A stretch of DNA of 64,000 bases, the filler included, from an uncultured bacterium (GTDB lineage Bacteria > DAOPZR01): assembly GCA_964637655.1 (NCBI GenBank). It is 11 parts of 11 records of this genome, joined end to end, with 100 filler letters (N's around TTAATTAATTAA, not from the genome) between each part and the next. Parts side by side here need not be neighbours in the genome. Positions count along the whole stretch, not along the records: positions 41,728 to 47,519 come from CAZWUZ010000244.1; positions 47,620 to 53,382 come from CAZWUZ010000245.1; 9 more parts are not named here. The stretch is one strand, 5' to 3'. Both the position numbers and the translations under genes were made by a program. The notes under the pieces are model-generated. The model saw nothing but the letters and a program-made list of their open reading frames with translations. It was not told the origin of the DNA and searched no databases. Of this stretch, positions 44,276 to 52,814 are shown one piece after another; positions within the stretch are counted from its first letter, which is position 1; each line of letters opens with the position of its first letter.

Positions 44276-44359
44276 TCCCCCTCAGGGAGCAGGACAGGCG
44301 CGGGTGGCTGAAGTGTTGCGCCGCCATCGCGGTTCGCCCGCGGGCGAACCGCCGGTGCG

Positions 44360-44397
44360 AAAAAAAACGGGGAAGGCGGTGCTGCCGCCTTCCCCGT
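44360..44397 (-). terminator. Terminator after rpsI
   Basis: ACGGGGAAGGCGG stem followed by a T-tract on the minus strand. Confidence 0.8.
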
Positions 44398-44411
44398 CGC
44401 TGTCCGAACGG

Positions 44412-44804
44412 TTAGCGTTTCGAGTACTGCGGCCGCTTGCGCGCCTTGAGCAGGCCGTACTTGCGGCGTTCCTTCTCGCGCGCGTCGCGCGTCAGGTAGC
44501 CCGCCTGCTTGAGCGCCTTGCGGTACTCCTTGTCGACCTTGAGCAGCGCGTTGGCGATGCCGTGGCGCAGCGCGCCCGCCTGCCCGGACAGGCCGCCGCC
44601 GCACAAGTTCGCCTTGACGTCGAATTTCTCCTTGGTGTTGGTCACCGCGAAGGGGGAGATGACCATCTCGCTGTACGCGGGACGGGGAAAATAGTCGAGC
44701 AGTTCACGGTTGTTGATCATCACCTTGCCCGTGCCCGCGCTCATCCGTACCCGGGCGATCGAGGTCTTCCGTTTGCCTACTGCCATAAACGTATCACGCG
44801 CCAT
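44412..44804 (-). CDS. rpsI: 30S ribosomal protein S9
   Basis: GKRKTSIAR, GGGLSGQAGA, LTRDAR..ERRKYG, QYSKR. Confidence 0.98.
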   Translation of the reverse strand: MARDTFMAVGKRKTSIARVRMSAGTGKVMINNRELLDYFPRPAYSEMVISPFAVTNTKEKFDVKANLCGGGLSGQAGALRHGIANALLKVDKEYRKALKQAGYLTRDAREKERRKYGLLKARKRPQYSKR

Positions 44805-44819
44805 TGCCGGTATCCTCCG

Positions 44820-45248
44820 TTACTTGACCGCCGCGGGCTTCTGCGCCGCGTGCTTGTGCTCGACCCCGCGATAGACGCGCAGCCGCTTCTTCAGGCGCGA
44901 CGCGAGACGGTTTTTCGGGAGCATGCGCTCCACCGCCAGGCGCACCGCCAGTTCGGGTGTCTTCTGCATCACTTCCGTATATGTCCGCTCCTTGAAGCCG
45001 TGCGGGTACATCGAGTGCCACTGCAGTTTCTTCTGTTCGAGTTTGCGCCCCGTCAGTTTCACCTTCGCGCAGTTGATGACGACGACAAAGTCGCCGCAGT
45101 CGACCGCGGGATGGTACTCGGGCTTGTCCTTGCCCATGAGCGCGACCGCAACCTGCGTCGCGAGGCGTCCGAGCACCTTGCCGTCAGCGTCGAACAGCCG
45201 CGACGTGCGGGGCACCTTGTCCTTGGGAATGATGGCCGTCTTCTTCAT
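44820..45248 (-). CDS. rplM: 50S ribosomal protein L13
   Basis: DADGKVLGRLA, GKDKP.Y.P..DCGD, MLPKN. Confidence 0.98.
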   Translation of the reverse strand: MKKTAIIPKDKVPRTSRLFDADGKVLGRLATQVAVALMGKDKPEYHPAVDCGDFVVVINCAKVKLTGRKLEQKKLQWHSMYPHGFKERTYTEVMQKTPELAVRLAVERMLPKNRLASRLKKRLRVYRGVEHKHAAQKPAAVK

Positions 45249-45354
45249 CCTGCTTCTCCTTTAGCCGTTGCACACACGCCATCCATGGCAGCATGGCGGG
45301 AACAAGCGATAACGGATATGGATACTACCTTAGCGACCGCCCGCTTGTCAAGCG

Positions 45355-45579
45355 CTACGGAAGCTGGCGGGCAAACCGGCAGCCGAGGCAGACAGCGGAA
45401 ACCACCAGCGAACCGGCACAGGCCAGAGCCATGGCCGCCGCCGCGTCAGGGGCTGTGCAGGAAATTGACAGCGAGCCGCCAATTTCCCCCTCGATGCCGG
45501 AACCGCCGGCGACACCGGACAGTTCCTTGCCGGCGAGTTCCCTGCTACCGTCGCCCTGCGGGTTATCATGGCTGGTCAT
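45355..45579 (-). CDS. 74-aa peptide with double-glycine leader (bacteriocin/RiPP precursor-like)
   Basis: AGGAGG RBS; leader ends RELAGKELSGVAGG; core has four Cys. Confidence 0.6.
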   Translation of the reverse strand: MTSHDNPQGDGSRELAGKELSGVAGGSGIEGEIGGSLSISCTAPDAAAAMALACAGSLVVSAVCLGCRFARQLP

Positions 45580-45639
45580 CGTCCATTCCTCCTGAACATC
45601 TGTCTGCTGCTGTCAGTGTAGCATGCCGGCGGCATTTTC

Positions 45640-46746
45640 TCAATCGAGCAGGTCGGCGATGATGGCCGCGTTCCAGCGCATGCCCGCAGCCGTAACCCAC
45701 AACCGCGCCTCATCATAGGTGAGCGCGCCAGCCGCCTGCCAGCGCGCCACCGCCGCCGCCGCCTGCTGCACCGGGTCGATGCCGTGCTCGCGGCTGAACT
45801 GCGTGCGGTCGATGCCCGCGCTCAGGCGCAGCCCGAGCAGCAACGCCTCGCGCCGCCGCGTCGCCGCGTCGAGTTCCTCCTCATCCTCGCGCGCCTCGCC
45901 GTCGGTGGCCAGGTACGTGGCGAGGTCCTGCGTCCGCCGCCAGCGCCGCCCCTGCCAGGTGCTCACCGCCCCGGGCCCCGCCCCGAGGTAGTCGCCCCCC
46001 TGCCAGTAGTTGAGATTGTGGCGGCAGGGGTAGCCGGGGAGCGACCAGTTGCTCACCTCGTACTGCTCGTAGCCCGAGGCCGCCAGCCGCTCCTGCGCAT
46101 GCTGCAGCATCAGCACCGTTTCGTCCTCCGACGGCAGTTGCACGCTTCCCTCATCCACCCGCCGCGCCAGCAGCGTTCCCTCCCCCAGCGTCAGGTCGTA
46201 GAGCGAAAGATGGGGCGGGCGGTAGCGCTCCGCCGCCGCCAGCGTCTCTTCCCACGAGGCGAGCGTCTGCCGCGGGATGCCGTAGATCAGGTCGAGGTTC
46301 CAGTTGTCCCAGTGCGCCGCCAGCGTGGCCAGCGCCGTGCGGACTTCTGCATCCGTGCCGCCGCGCCCGAGCGCCTCGCGCTCCGCCGCGCAGAGCGACT
46401 GGATGCCGACCGAGACGCGCGTGATGCCCAGTCCGCGCAGCAGGTCGAGTCGCTCCCGTGTCACGCTCTCCGGGCGCATCTCGACCGTCCATTCCGTCTC
46501 CGGCAGCACCTGCCAGGCCTGTGCCGCCCCCTGCACGAGGCGGATCAGTTCGCGGTCGTCGAGCAGGCCGGGATTGCCCCCGCCGATATAGATGCTGCTG
46601 ATCTGATCCGGCTGCCAGCGGGTGATCTCGTGCTGCAACACATCGAGCACCCGCGCGCGCAGCGTCTCGGGGATGACCAGCGAGAAGAAATCGCAGTAGT
46701 CGCACTTCGTGCTGCAGAACGGGATGTGGATATAGGCGCCGGCCAT
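45640..46746 (-). CDS. hemW: Radical-SAM heme chaperone HemW
   Basis: YIHIPFCxxxCxYCDF, DLIYGIP.QT, YEVSNW, HNLNYW signature. Confidence 0.9.
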   Translation of the reverse strand: MAGAYIHIPFCSTKCDYCDFFSLVIPETLRARVLDVLQHEITRWQPDQISSIYIGGGNPGLLDDRELIRLVQGAAQAWQVLPETEWTVEMRPESVTRERLDLLRGLGITRVSVGIQSLCAAEREALGRGGTDAEVRTALATLAAHWDNWNLDLIYGIPRQTLASWEETLAAAERYRPPHLSLYDLTLGEGTLLARRVDEGSVQLPSEDETVLMLQHAQERLAASGYEQYEVSNWSLPGYPCRHNLNYWQGGDYLGAGPGAVSTWQGRRWRRTQDLATYLATDGEAREDEEELDAATRRREALLLGLRLSAGIDRTQFSREHGIDPVQQAAAAVARWQAAGALTYDEARLWVTAAGMRWNAAIIADLLD

Positions 46747-46750
46747 GGGG

Positions 46751-47422
46751 TCAGGTTCGCACCGCAGCGGCGAAATGCGTCCGCGCGTCCGCGGTGAGGG
46801 GATGGTCGGCGAGCGCGCGCAGCAACGGCAGCGGCAGCGTCAGTGAATCCGCACCCGCCGCGAGCAGTTGCTCGATTTCACTCGCCGTCTTGATGCTCGC
46901 CACCAGCAGTCGCGTCGCCGCACCGCGTTCGCGCAGCGCCCGCTGCATCTGTGCCACCGCCTGCACGCCGTCGCCACCTGCCGCCGTGAGGCGATGGCAG
47001 TAGGGGGCCGCCCACTGCGCCCCCGCCGCTGCCGCCAGCAGCGCCTGCGTCGTGCTGAAGACCGCCGTCACCGCCACCTGCGCCCCGTCGCGCACGAGGT
47101 GCGCGGTGAGCGACAGTCCGTCAGGCGTGCACGGCACCTTGAGTACGACGCGCTCCGGGGCGAGAGCACGCAACTGCACCGCCCGTTCCGCCATCGCTGC
47201 CGGTGTCCCTTCCGGCACCTGCGCAAAAAACGGCAAGGTTCCAATCTTGAGAAGTTCCTGCAGTGCAGTAAGATATTCCGCCATATCCGGCGATTTGCCC
47301 AGCGCCTGCGCCACCAGCACCGGATTGGTTGTCACCCCCCCGCACCACGGCAGTTGCAGCGCCGCGCGTATCTCCCCCGCCGCAGCCGAGTCCAGAAAGA
47401 AGGGGGCCAAGAAAGGGGCCAT
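46751..47422 (-). CDS. Transaldolase / fructose-6-phosphate aldolase family
   Basis: FFLDSA, GVTTNP, VLKVP.T..G, TAVFS..QA, APY..R, LVASIK. Confidence 0.88.
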   Translation of the reverse strand: MAPFLAPFFLDSAAAGEIRAALQLPWCGGVTTNPVLVAQALGKSPDMAEYLTALQELLKIGTLPFFAQVPEGTPAAMAERAVQLRALAPERVVLKVPCTPDGLSLTAHLVRDGAQVAVTAVFSTTQALLAAAAGAQWAAPYCHRLTAAGGDGVQAVAQMQRALRERGAATRLLVASIKTASEIEQLLAAGADSLTLPLPLLRALADHPLTADARTHFAAAVRT

Positions 47423-47441
47423 ACTAGCACATTGACACATG

Positions 47442-47462
47442 TTATCCACAAAGTTATCCACA
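47442..47462 (+). promoter_or_regulatory. Two perfect DnaA boxes followed by AT-rich DNA (possible oriC edge)
   Basis: TTATCCACA at 47442-47450 and 47454-47462. Confidence 0.7.
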
Positions 47463-47619
47463 ATTTTAAATTAGTTAAACTTTTTTCATCATTTCAAAAC
47501 ATCCAAGACGCCCCGCTGGNNNNNNNNNNNNNNNNNNNNNNNNNNNNNNNNNNNNNNNNNNNNTTAATTAATTAANNNNNNNNNNNNNNNNNNNNNNNNN
47601 NNNNNNNNNNNNNNNNNNN

Positions 47620-48291
47620 CATTACCCGCAGGCGGTCGGCTGCTTCAGCGTCAGCGGTGGTGAGCATCCCCCCCTCACCGCAGACCAGGTTCTTGGTCGC
47701 ATAGAAAGAAAAGCAGGCGAAGTCGCCGAGCGTCGCGACGTGGCGGCCCCGGTAGCGGGTCTCCGTAGCATGCGCCGCGTCGCTGATCACCTTCAGGCCA
47801 TGGCGCGATGCCAGCGCCAGCAGTTCGTCCATGGCGCAGGGATTGCCGGCAAAATGCACGGGGAGCAGCGCCCGGGTCCGCGGCGTAATGGCCGCGGCGA
47901 CGGCCGCCGGATTAAGCAGCAGCCGCTCCGTTTCGACATCGACAAAGACCGGGGTGGCACCGGCGGCGAGAATCGCCTCCGCTGTGGCCGCGAACGTGAA
48001 CGGGGTGGTGATTACCTCGTCGCCGGACCCGATGCCGGCAGCCACCAGTGCGAGGTGCAGCGCGCCCGTGCAATGCGCGACCGCCACTGCCTGTCGCGCG
48101 GCGCAGTAGGCGGCAAATTCGCGTTCGAAGCGCGCCACCAGCGGCCCGGTCGACAGCCATCCAGCCCGCATCGTGGCAACGACCTCGTCGATTTCCGCTT
48201 CGCCGATGACGGGTTTGCCGTACACGAGCTGCTGCGGCCGCACCGGTGCGCCCCCGTCAATTGCCCGTTGGTTGCTCACTGCTCTGGTCAA
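47620..48291 (-). CDS. DegT/DnrJ/EryC1/StrS sugar aminotransferase, 3' truncated
   Basis: GWLSTGP, CTGALHLAL, PVHFAG, DAAHA, FSFYATKN..CGEGG. Confidence 0.93.
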
Positions 48292-49166
48292 TCCTTCCGC
48301 GTTTCGTTCAGTTCGTGCAGCAGGTCGAGCAGGCCCTGCCCGAGATCGATCTGCGGGTTGGGGACCAGCTTGCGCGCCAGGCGCGGCTTGAAGACGTAGG
48401 GAGTGATCTCGTAATGCGACGCTTCCGTCGCCGGCTGGAAATTGACCTGCACCTGCCGGTGCGGGGCGAGCATCTCCTGCACCATGGTGAGCAGGTCGGC
48501 GATGCGGATGGCGGTGCCGCCGGTGAGAATGAGGTGCTGGTTGGCATAGGCCGGGGCGAGGATGGCGACGCTGCTCTGCGCCGCATCGAACGCGTGGATG
48601 TACTCGCGCAGTTCGTTGCCGTCACCCATGCGGTTGATGACGCCGTCCCGGAGCGCCGCGCGGAGCATGGCCCGCACCCAGTTGCGCGCGTCGCTGCGCG
48701 GCCCGTAGACCGAGCCGTAGCGCAGGATGGTGTAGTCGAGCCCGTAGCGCTGCTGGTATTCCTCGACGAGCAGTTCACATGCCTGCTTGCTGCAGCGGTA
48801 GAACGAGCCCTTGTCGCTATAGACGTAGACGGAGCTGGCGAAAACGAAGCGCTGCGCCCCGGCCGTGCGCGCCGCGGCCAGCAGATTGGCGGTGCCGACC
48901 ACGTTGGCGGTGATCACGCCGGTCGGATCGTCCGCCGCCTCGTCGATATCCGCCACCCCGGCAAAGTTGTAGACAGCGCCGGCGCCGGCGCAGGCGGCGG
49001 CCACCGCTGCGCGGTCGAGCACGTCGCCGGTGATCATTGTCTGCTGCGGCTGCAGCCACGGCGAAGGGACGCGATCGAAGATGACCACGTCGTGCCCGGC
49101 CGCCGTAAGCGCATCCGCCACATGGCTGCCGAGAAAGCCGCTGCCGCCTGCCACCAGTATCTTCAT
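48288..49166 (-). CDS. NAD-dependent epimerase/dehydratase
   Basis: GGSGFLG, FASS..VYS, YRCSK (YxxxK), LRYGSVYGP. Confidence 0.93.
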   Translation of the reverse strand: MKILVAGGSGFLGSHVADALTAAGHDVVIFDRVPSPWLQPQQTMITGDVLDRAAVAAACAGAGAVYNFAGVADIDEAADDPTGVITANVVGTANLLAAARTAGAQRFVFASSVYVYSDKGSFYRCSKQACELLVEEYQQRYGLDYTILRYGSVYGPRSDARNWVRAMLRAALRDGVINRMGDGNELREYIHAFDAAQSSVAILAPAYANQHLILTGGTAIRIADLLTMVQEMLAPHRQVQVNFQPATEASHYEITPYVFKPRLARKLVPNPQIDLGQGLLDLLHELNETRKD

Positions 49167-49300
49167 CGACACCTTCTCCTTCCCCGCCCGCTGGCGGTTC
49201 CTGCTCTGATCAGTTGGCGGCGCCGCCGGCCGGAACGCGGTCGACGCTGCGTACTGCACTGCTGGATCCCCGATTGAAAACTTCGGGGATGACAGACTGA

Positions 49301-49879
49301 CTACACGACGAGGAGGGTTATGCCCGCCGGCAGGTTCTGCAGGCGGGACTGCTCCTCCTGTGACACGATCAGCACGGCGCCGGCCGGCAGTTCCTCCGGC
49401 AGGCGCACGGGATGATTGAACTTGCTGCGCACCGTCAGCGGGAAATCGACAAAACCCGCGAAGTTGAGATTGAGGTCGAGCACGCCGAGGTAGACGAGTT
49501 TGCTGAAATCACCCGTGCCGAAAATGTGCACGGGCGCGGCCGTAGCGGCGGTGAGCGTCGTCAGTTTCTCCGTCAGCGACTGCTGCGCGCTGGCAAAGTA
49601 GCGCGCATTCATCTTGATAAAATGGAGGTTGTAATTGGCGCGCTCGCGGAAGCCCGCCGGGGTGAGGAGATACTGCAGCGTGCGGGCATTGCCCAGTTTC
49701 TTTATCTTGATGAACCCCTTCTGCGAAAGTTTCTTGAGAAAGAGGTTGACCATGCCGAGCGAAATGTCGAGACGGGTCGCCAGCTGGCGCTGTGAATTGA
49801 CACCATCACCCACTTCGCTGATGAGCGCGAACTCCTTTTCCGTCAACTGGGAAGCGATGGGTACCGAGTTGTTGTTCAT
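49301..49879 (-). CDS. MarR-type winged-helix regulator of the EPS-associated kind
   Basis: SQRQLA..L.ISLGMVN..LKKL..KG.IK...YLLTP.G; heads a sugar biosynthesis operon. Confidence 0.88.
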   Translation of the reverse strand: MNNNSVPIASQLTEKEFALISEVGDGVNSQRQLATRLDISLGMVNLFLKKLSQKGFIKIKKLGNARTLQYLLTPAGFRERANYNLHFIKMNARYFASAQQSLTEKLTTLTAATAAPVHIFGTGDFSKLVYLGVLDLNLNFAGFVDFPLTVRSKFNHPVRLPEELPAGAVLIVSQEEQSRLQNLPAGITLLVV

Positions 49880-49894
49880 TCTTCCCCACGCACA

Positions 49895-49940
49895 TGTTCA
49901 TTCATTGAACACATTATACCACAATTCACCGTTTTGTCAA
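49895..49940 (-). promoter_or_regulatory. sigma70 promoter with a palindromic operator at the start site
   Basis: TTGACA (49940-49935), 16-nt spacer, TATAAT (49918-49913); TGTTCA-N5-TGAACA at 49895-49911. Confidence 0.75.
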
Positions 49941-50151
49941 GAGGATATGCGAATTGCCAGCACAAATTTCAGGTTGCGGCTATGCCCGCATATCATTCAA
50001 TTATATCGGCATTTATGCATTCCAACATAATGGATCCCCGATTCCCCCGATTACATATTTCGGGGGCAATTCGGGGATGACCGGTCGAAGCAGAAAACGT
50101 CGTACAGTTGCGCGTTCCGGGGGACGACGGGATGTATCCGGCGAACTGCAA

Positions 50152-50200
50152 CTACGGGCGGGTGCCGAGGACCTTGTTCGCCTTCTCCAGCACGGCAAAG
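50152..50200 (-). repeat. 49-bp direct copy of the 3' end of the 50560-50877 gene
   Basis: Matches 50560-50608 with one mismatch and ends exactly at the stop codon. Confidence 0.92.
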
Positions 50201-50262
50201 CAGGGGCGCATTTCACCGTGCTGCCCGCCATCAATTGTGGTATACTGAATCAGGAGGGTGTC

Positions 50263-50355
50263 ATGCAACCGCGCAGGCCGTGGTTGCGCAACCCCGTTCC
50301 TGTGCTGGCCACGCCGCTACAATTGCTTGCGGAGGAAAACGATGAAGAAAACTGA
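50263..50355 (+). pseudogene. Internally deleted PIN-toxin-like remnant
   Basis: AGGAGG RBS; MQPR start joined to PVLATPLQLL.EE, a typical PIN C-terminus; overlaps the next ORF. Confidence 0.5.
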
Positions 50356-50515
50356 TGACGGTGTCGGGGAGATTCGCGCGATCCGCCGGGCGATGACCAG
50401 CGAGGCAGGCGGCGACATCGCCCGCTATGTGGACATGGTGCGTGCCGTCGAAAAAGAGCTGCCGGAACAGTTGCGGGTTCCCCCGCCCCCGCAGGAAAAA
50501 CGCAAGGCAGGATAA
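50342..50515 (+). CDS. 57-aa antitoxin-like protein
   Basis: GGAGG RBS; D..V.EIRAIR......GGDIARY resembles PIN-partner proteins. Confidence 0.6.
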   Translation: MKKTDDGVGEIRAIRRAMTSEAGGDIARYVDMVRAVEKELPEQLRVPPPPQEKRKAG

Positions 50516-50559
50516 TCACTGCGCCCGCACTGCTGGCGAGTCGCCGTGCAGCGTCCCGG

Positions 50560-50877
50560 CTACGGGCGGGTGCCGAGGGCCTTGTTCGCCTTCTCCAGCA
50601 CGGCAAAGATGTCGTGCATGACGTTGCTGCCACGCCCGATGATGACCCCGGTGAGCAGCCAGTCAATCAGGAAGTGCGCGCTGTTGGCGTCGCCGGGGAG
50701 AACGCCAAGGGCATGCAGGATGCCGGTGCGGGTGGTGACGGTGAGCGCCACCGCGAGGAAGAGCGCGGCGAGGCGCATGGTGCGCGGCTGCGGCTTGCGC
50801 CCGAGCAGGTCCTTGACGATGCCGAGCACCTTCTCGATGATAACTGCCAGCACCAGGATGATGAGCAGTTCCTTCAT
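50560..50877 (-). CDS. Small three-TM holin-like membrane protein
   Basis: LAVIIE..., LLTGVIIGRGSNVMHD motif. Confidence 0.7.
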   Translation of the reverse strand: MKELLIILVLAVIIEKVLGIVKDLLGRKPQPRTMRLAALFLAVALTVTTRTGILHALGVLPGDANSAHFLIDWLLTGVIIGRGSNVMHDIFAVLEKANKALGTRP

Positions 50878-50914
50878 GGCTTACTCCGCGCGGAAGCATC
50901 CGCCGGTCAACCGC

Positions 50915-50985
50915 CCCCTCATCCAACCTTCCCCCTCAGGGGGAAGGCAAATCACCCGCTCCCGCCCGGCGGGAGAGGCGGAGGG
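50915..50985. repeat. Composite REP-like palindrome (reverse orientation); related copies at 5091-5130, 51481-51530, 52823-52904
   Basis: CCCTCATCCAACCTTCCCCC..GGGGGAAGGC plus CTCCC..GGGAG hairpins. Confidence 0.8.
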
Positions 50986-51081
50986 ACAGTTGCCCGTCAG
51001 GTAACATATCGGCAGGGGATGGCAAAGAATCAAATTGACGCGGTTTCTTCAGTGTGCCGGAGGGCGTTTACTGGTGCGCCT

Positions 51082-51201
51082 TCAGTATTCCGGCCATTCA
51101 GCCGGGGCAGGTGGCATATCCAGTTCGGCGTCGCGCTGCTCTTCTACCGGGTCAAGTTTGGCGCATTCACGGGCAAGGCGATCGATGTCTTTGGGTGCCA
51201 T
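51082..51201 (-). CDS. 39-aa truncated MazE/CopG-type antitoxin C-terminus
   Basis: AAAGGAG RBS; RLARECAKLDP.EEQ..AE.......EWPEY; overlapping aborted start MAGILK(AHQ*). Confidence 0.6.
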   Translation of the reverse strand: MAPKDIDRLARECAKLDPVEEQRDAELDMPPAPAEWPEY

Positions 51202-51245
51202 GGTTGTTCTCCTTTGTACCTAAACCTCCAAACAGCAGAACAGGT

Positions 51246-51446
51246 CTATGCCGCCCGGTGTTTGGCAATAAGCGCGCGCACTGCCGGAACGAGTTCTGTT
51301 GGAACCTCGATGACCGTCTGTCCTGACCGGGCAAGGGTCTCCTCATCCTCCGCCAATGCCTCAGCTTCATTTTGCTGCTCATAATGATTGACAACACGCT
51401 GCACGCGGGATTCGTCCCACCCTTCCGGAAACCTATTTTCTGCCAT
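51246..51446 (-). CDS. 66-aa antitoxin-like conserved hypothetical protein
   Basis: RFPEGWDESRVQRV..HYE.Q.E.EA.AEDE...IEVP.ELVPAVR.LIA. Confidence 0.75.
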   Translation of the reverse strand: MAENRFPEGWDESRVQRVVNHYEQQNEAEALAEDEETLARSGQTVIEVPTELVPAVRALIAKHRAA

Positions 51447-51697
51447 TGTTCCTGTTTCTCCGTCTGCGTTGCATTTCATTCCCTCACCTGCCGCTCTGCG
51501 GCTTCCTCTCCCGCTGCTGCGGGAGAGGGGAAACATGCAACTGATGACTACACCCGCTGGATCCCCGATAGAACAATTCGGGGATGACTACATACAACAC
51601 CAACACAACCTGGGGATGACGGCATAAACGCTACAGCGACGGCGAACAACAACGGCTGGATCCCCGATTGAACAATTCGGGGATGACAACCTGCCCC

Positions 51698-52723
51698 CTA
51701 CAACGTGACGGGCTGGCCGGACTTTGCGGAAGCGTACAAGGCGCAGATGAGTTCGAGCGACTTGCGCCCCTCGTCACCGTCGGTCCCGGGTACCGCCTCG
51801 CCGCGCAGGGCGGCAGCGACATTGGTGAAATAGGCGAGGTGCCCGAAACCATAGACGTTGGGGGGCTCGTAGTTGCTCTTGTAGACCAGTCCGTCATCGT
51901 CGTCGTAGTCGGCGAACTGCCACGTCTCAAAACGGTTGATGGCGATGCCCCCGAGTTTGACCGTCCCCTTCTCCCCGATGATCGTCACCGACCCCTCGAG
52001 GTTCTTCGGATGGACGCACATGGTCACTTCCATGGTGCCGATGGCGCCGCTGGCGAAGCGCATGACCGCCGCGCCGCTGTCCTCCGCCTCGATCTTGTGA
52101 TTGAAGGTGTCCGTGACGGCATAGACACTCTTGACCGGGCCGGCGAGCCAGACGAGCGAATCGACGTAATGCGAGGCCTGGTTCATGAAGGCGCCACCGT
52201 CGAGCGCCCAGGTGCCGCGCCACGGTGCGGAGTCGTAGTACGCCTGCGGGCGCTGCCAGCGCACGGTGGAGTTGATCATGAAAATGCGCCCGAAGCGGCC
52301 GCGGTCGACAGCGCGCTTGAGCAGTTGCATGGTGGTATTGAGGCGGTTCTGCTTGACGACACAGAGCTGCACGCCGGCGGTGCGGCAGGCGGTAATCAGC
52401 GCGTCGGCATCAGCGAGGCGCACCCCCATCGGCTTCTCCGTCACGACGTGCTTCCCCGCCTGCGCCGCGGCGATGCCGACCTCGGGGTGGATGCCACTCG
52501 GGGTGCAGATATCAACCAGGTCAACGTCCGCCGCGGCCGCGACCAGTTCGCGGTAATCAGTGTACGTCTTGACCCCGGCGAGCGTCTTTGCCGCCGCGGC
52601 CGCGCGTTCCGGCACGACATCGCAGAGCGCGGTGACATGGAAATCCGGCAACTCCTTGAAAGCCCGCAAATGGTACTCGGCGATGCGGCCGCAGCCGACC
52701 AGTCCGACGCGAATGGTGTTCAT
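51698..52723 (-). CDS. Gfo/Idh/MocA oxidoreductase, WbpB/WlbA-like nucleotide-sugar dehydrogenase
   Basis: GCGRIA, ICTPSGIH, TEKPM, VKQNR.N, WRGTW..DGGAFMNQASHYVD, PPNVYGFGH. Confidence 0.92.
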   Translation of the reverse strand: MNTIRVGLVGCGRIAEYHLRAFKELPDFHVTALCDVVPERAAAAAKTLAGVKTYTDYRELVAAAADVDLVDICTPSGIHPEVGIAAAQAGKHVVTEKPMGVRLADADALITACRTAGVQLCVVKQNRLNTTMQLLKRAVDRGRFGRIFMINSTVRWQRPQAYYDSAPWRGTWALDGGAFMNQASHYVDSLVWLAGPVKSVYAVTDTFNHKIEAEDSGAAVMRFASGAIGTMEVTMCVHPKNLEGSVTIIGEKGTVKLGGIAINRFETWQFADYDDDDGLVYKSNYEPPNVYGFGHLAYFTNVAAALRGEAVPGTDGDEGRKSLELICALYASAKSGQPVTL

Positions 52724-52814
52724 CGTGTGCCTCGCTTCCCTATAGTGTCTCTGCACTGCGAACTGCCGGTCGTGATAGTACGCCCCGTTGCAACTTCCGT
52801 CAAATCCTTTGCGG

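Larger units (their letters stand above)
49261..51687. repeat. Dispersed REP-like palindromes TGGATCCCCGA..TCGGGGATGAC: 49261-49293, 50031-50081 (nested), 51556-51588, 51655-51687, half copy 51612-51620
   Basis: Conserved arms with variable loops, all in the same orientation and all intergenic. Confidence 0.88.

Noticed and set aside
45640..46746. Radical SAM enzyme as the maturase of the adjacent double-glycine peptide
   Set aside because: It has the HemW signatures (YIHIPFC, HNxxYW) and no visible SPASM or RRE domain, so it is most likely housekeeping.
51543..51687. Mini-CRISPR formed by GGGGATGAC repeats
   Set aside because: Spacing is irregular, inner loops vary and copies are dispersed, which fits REP-like palindromes.
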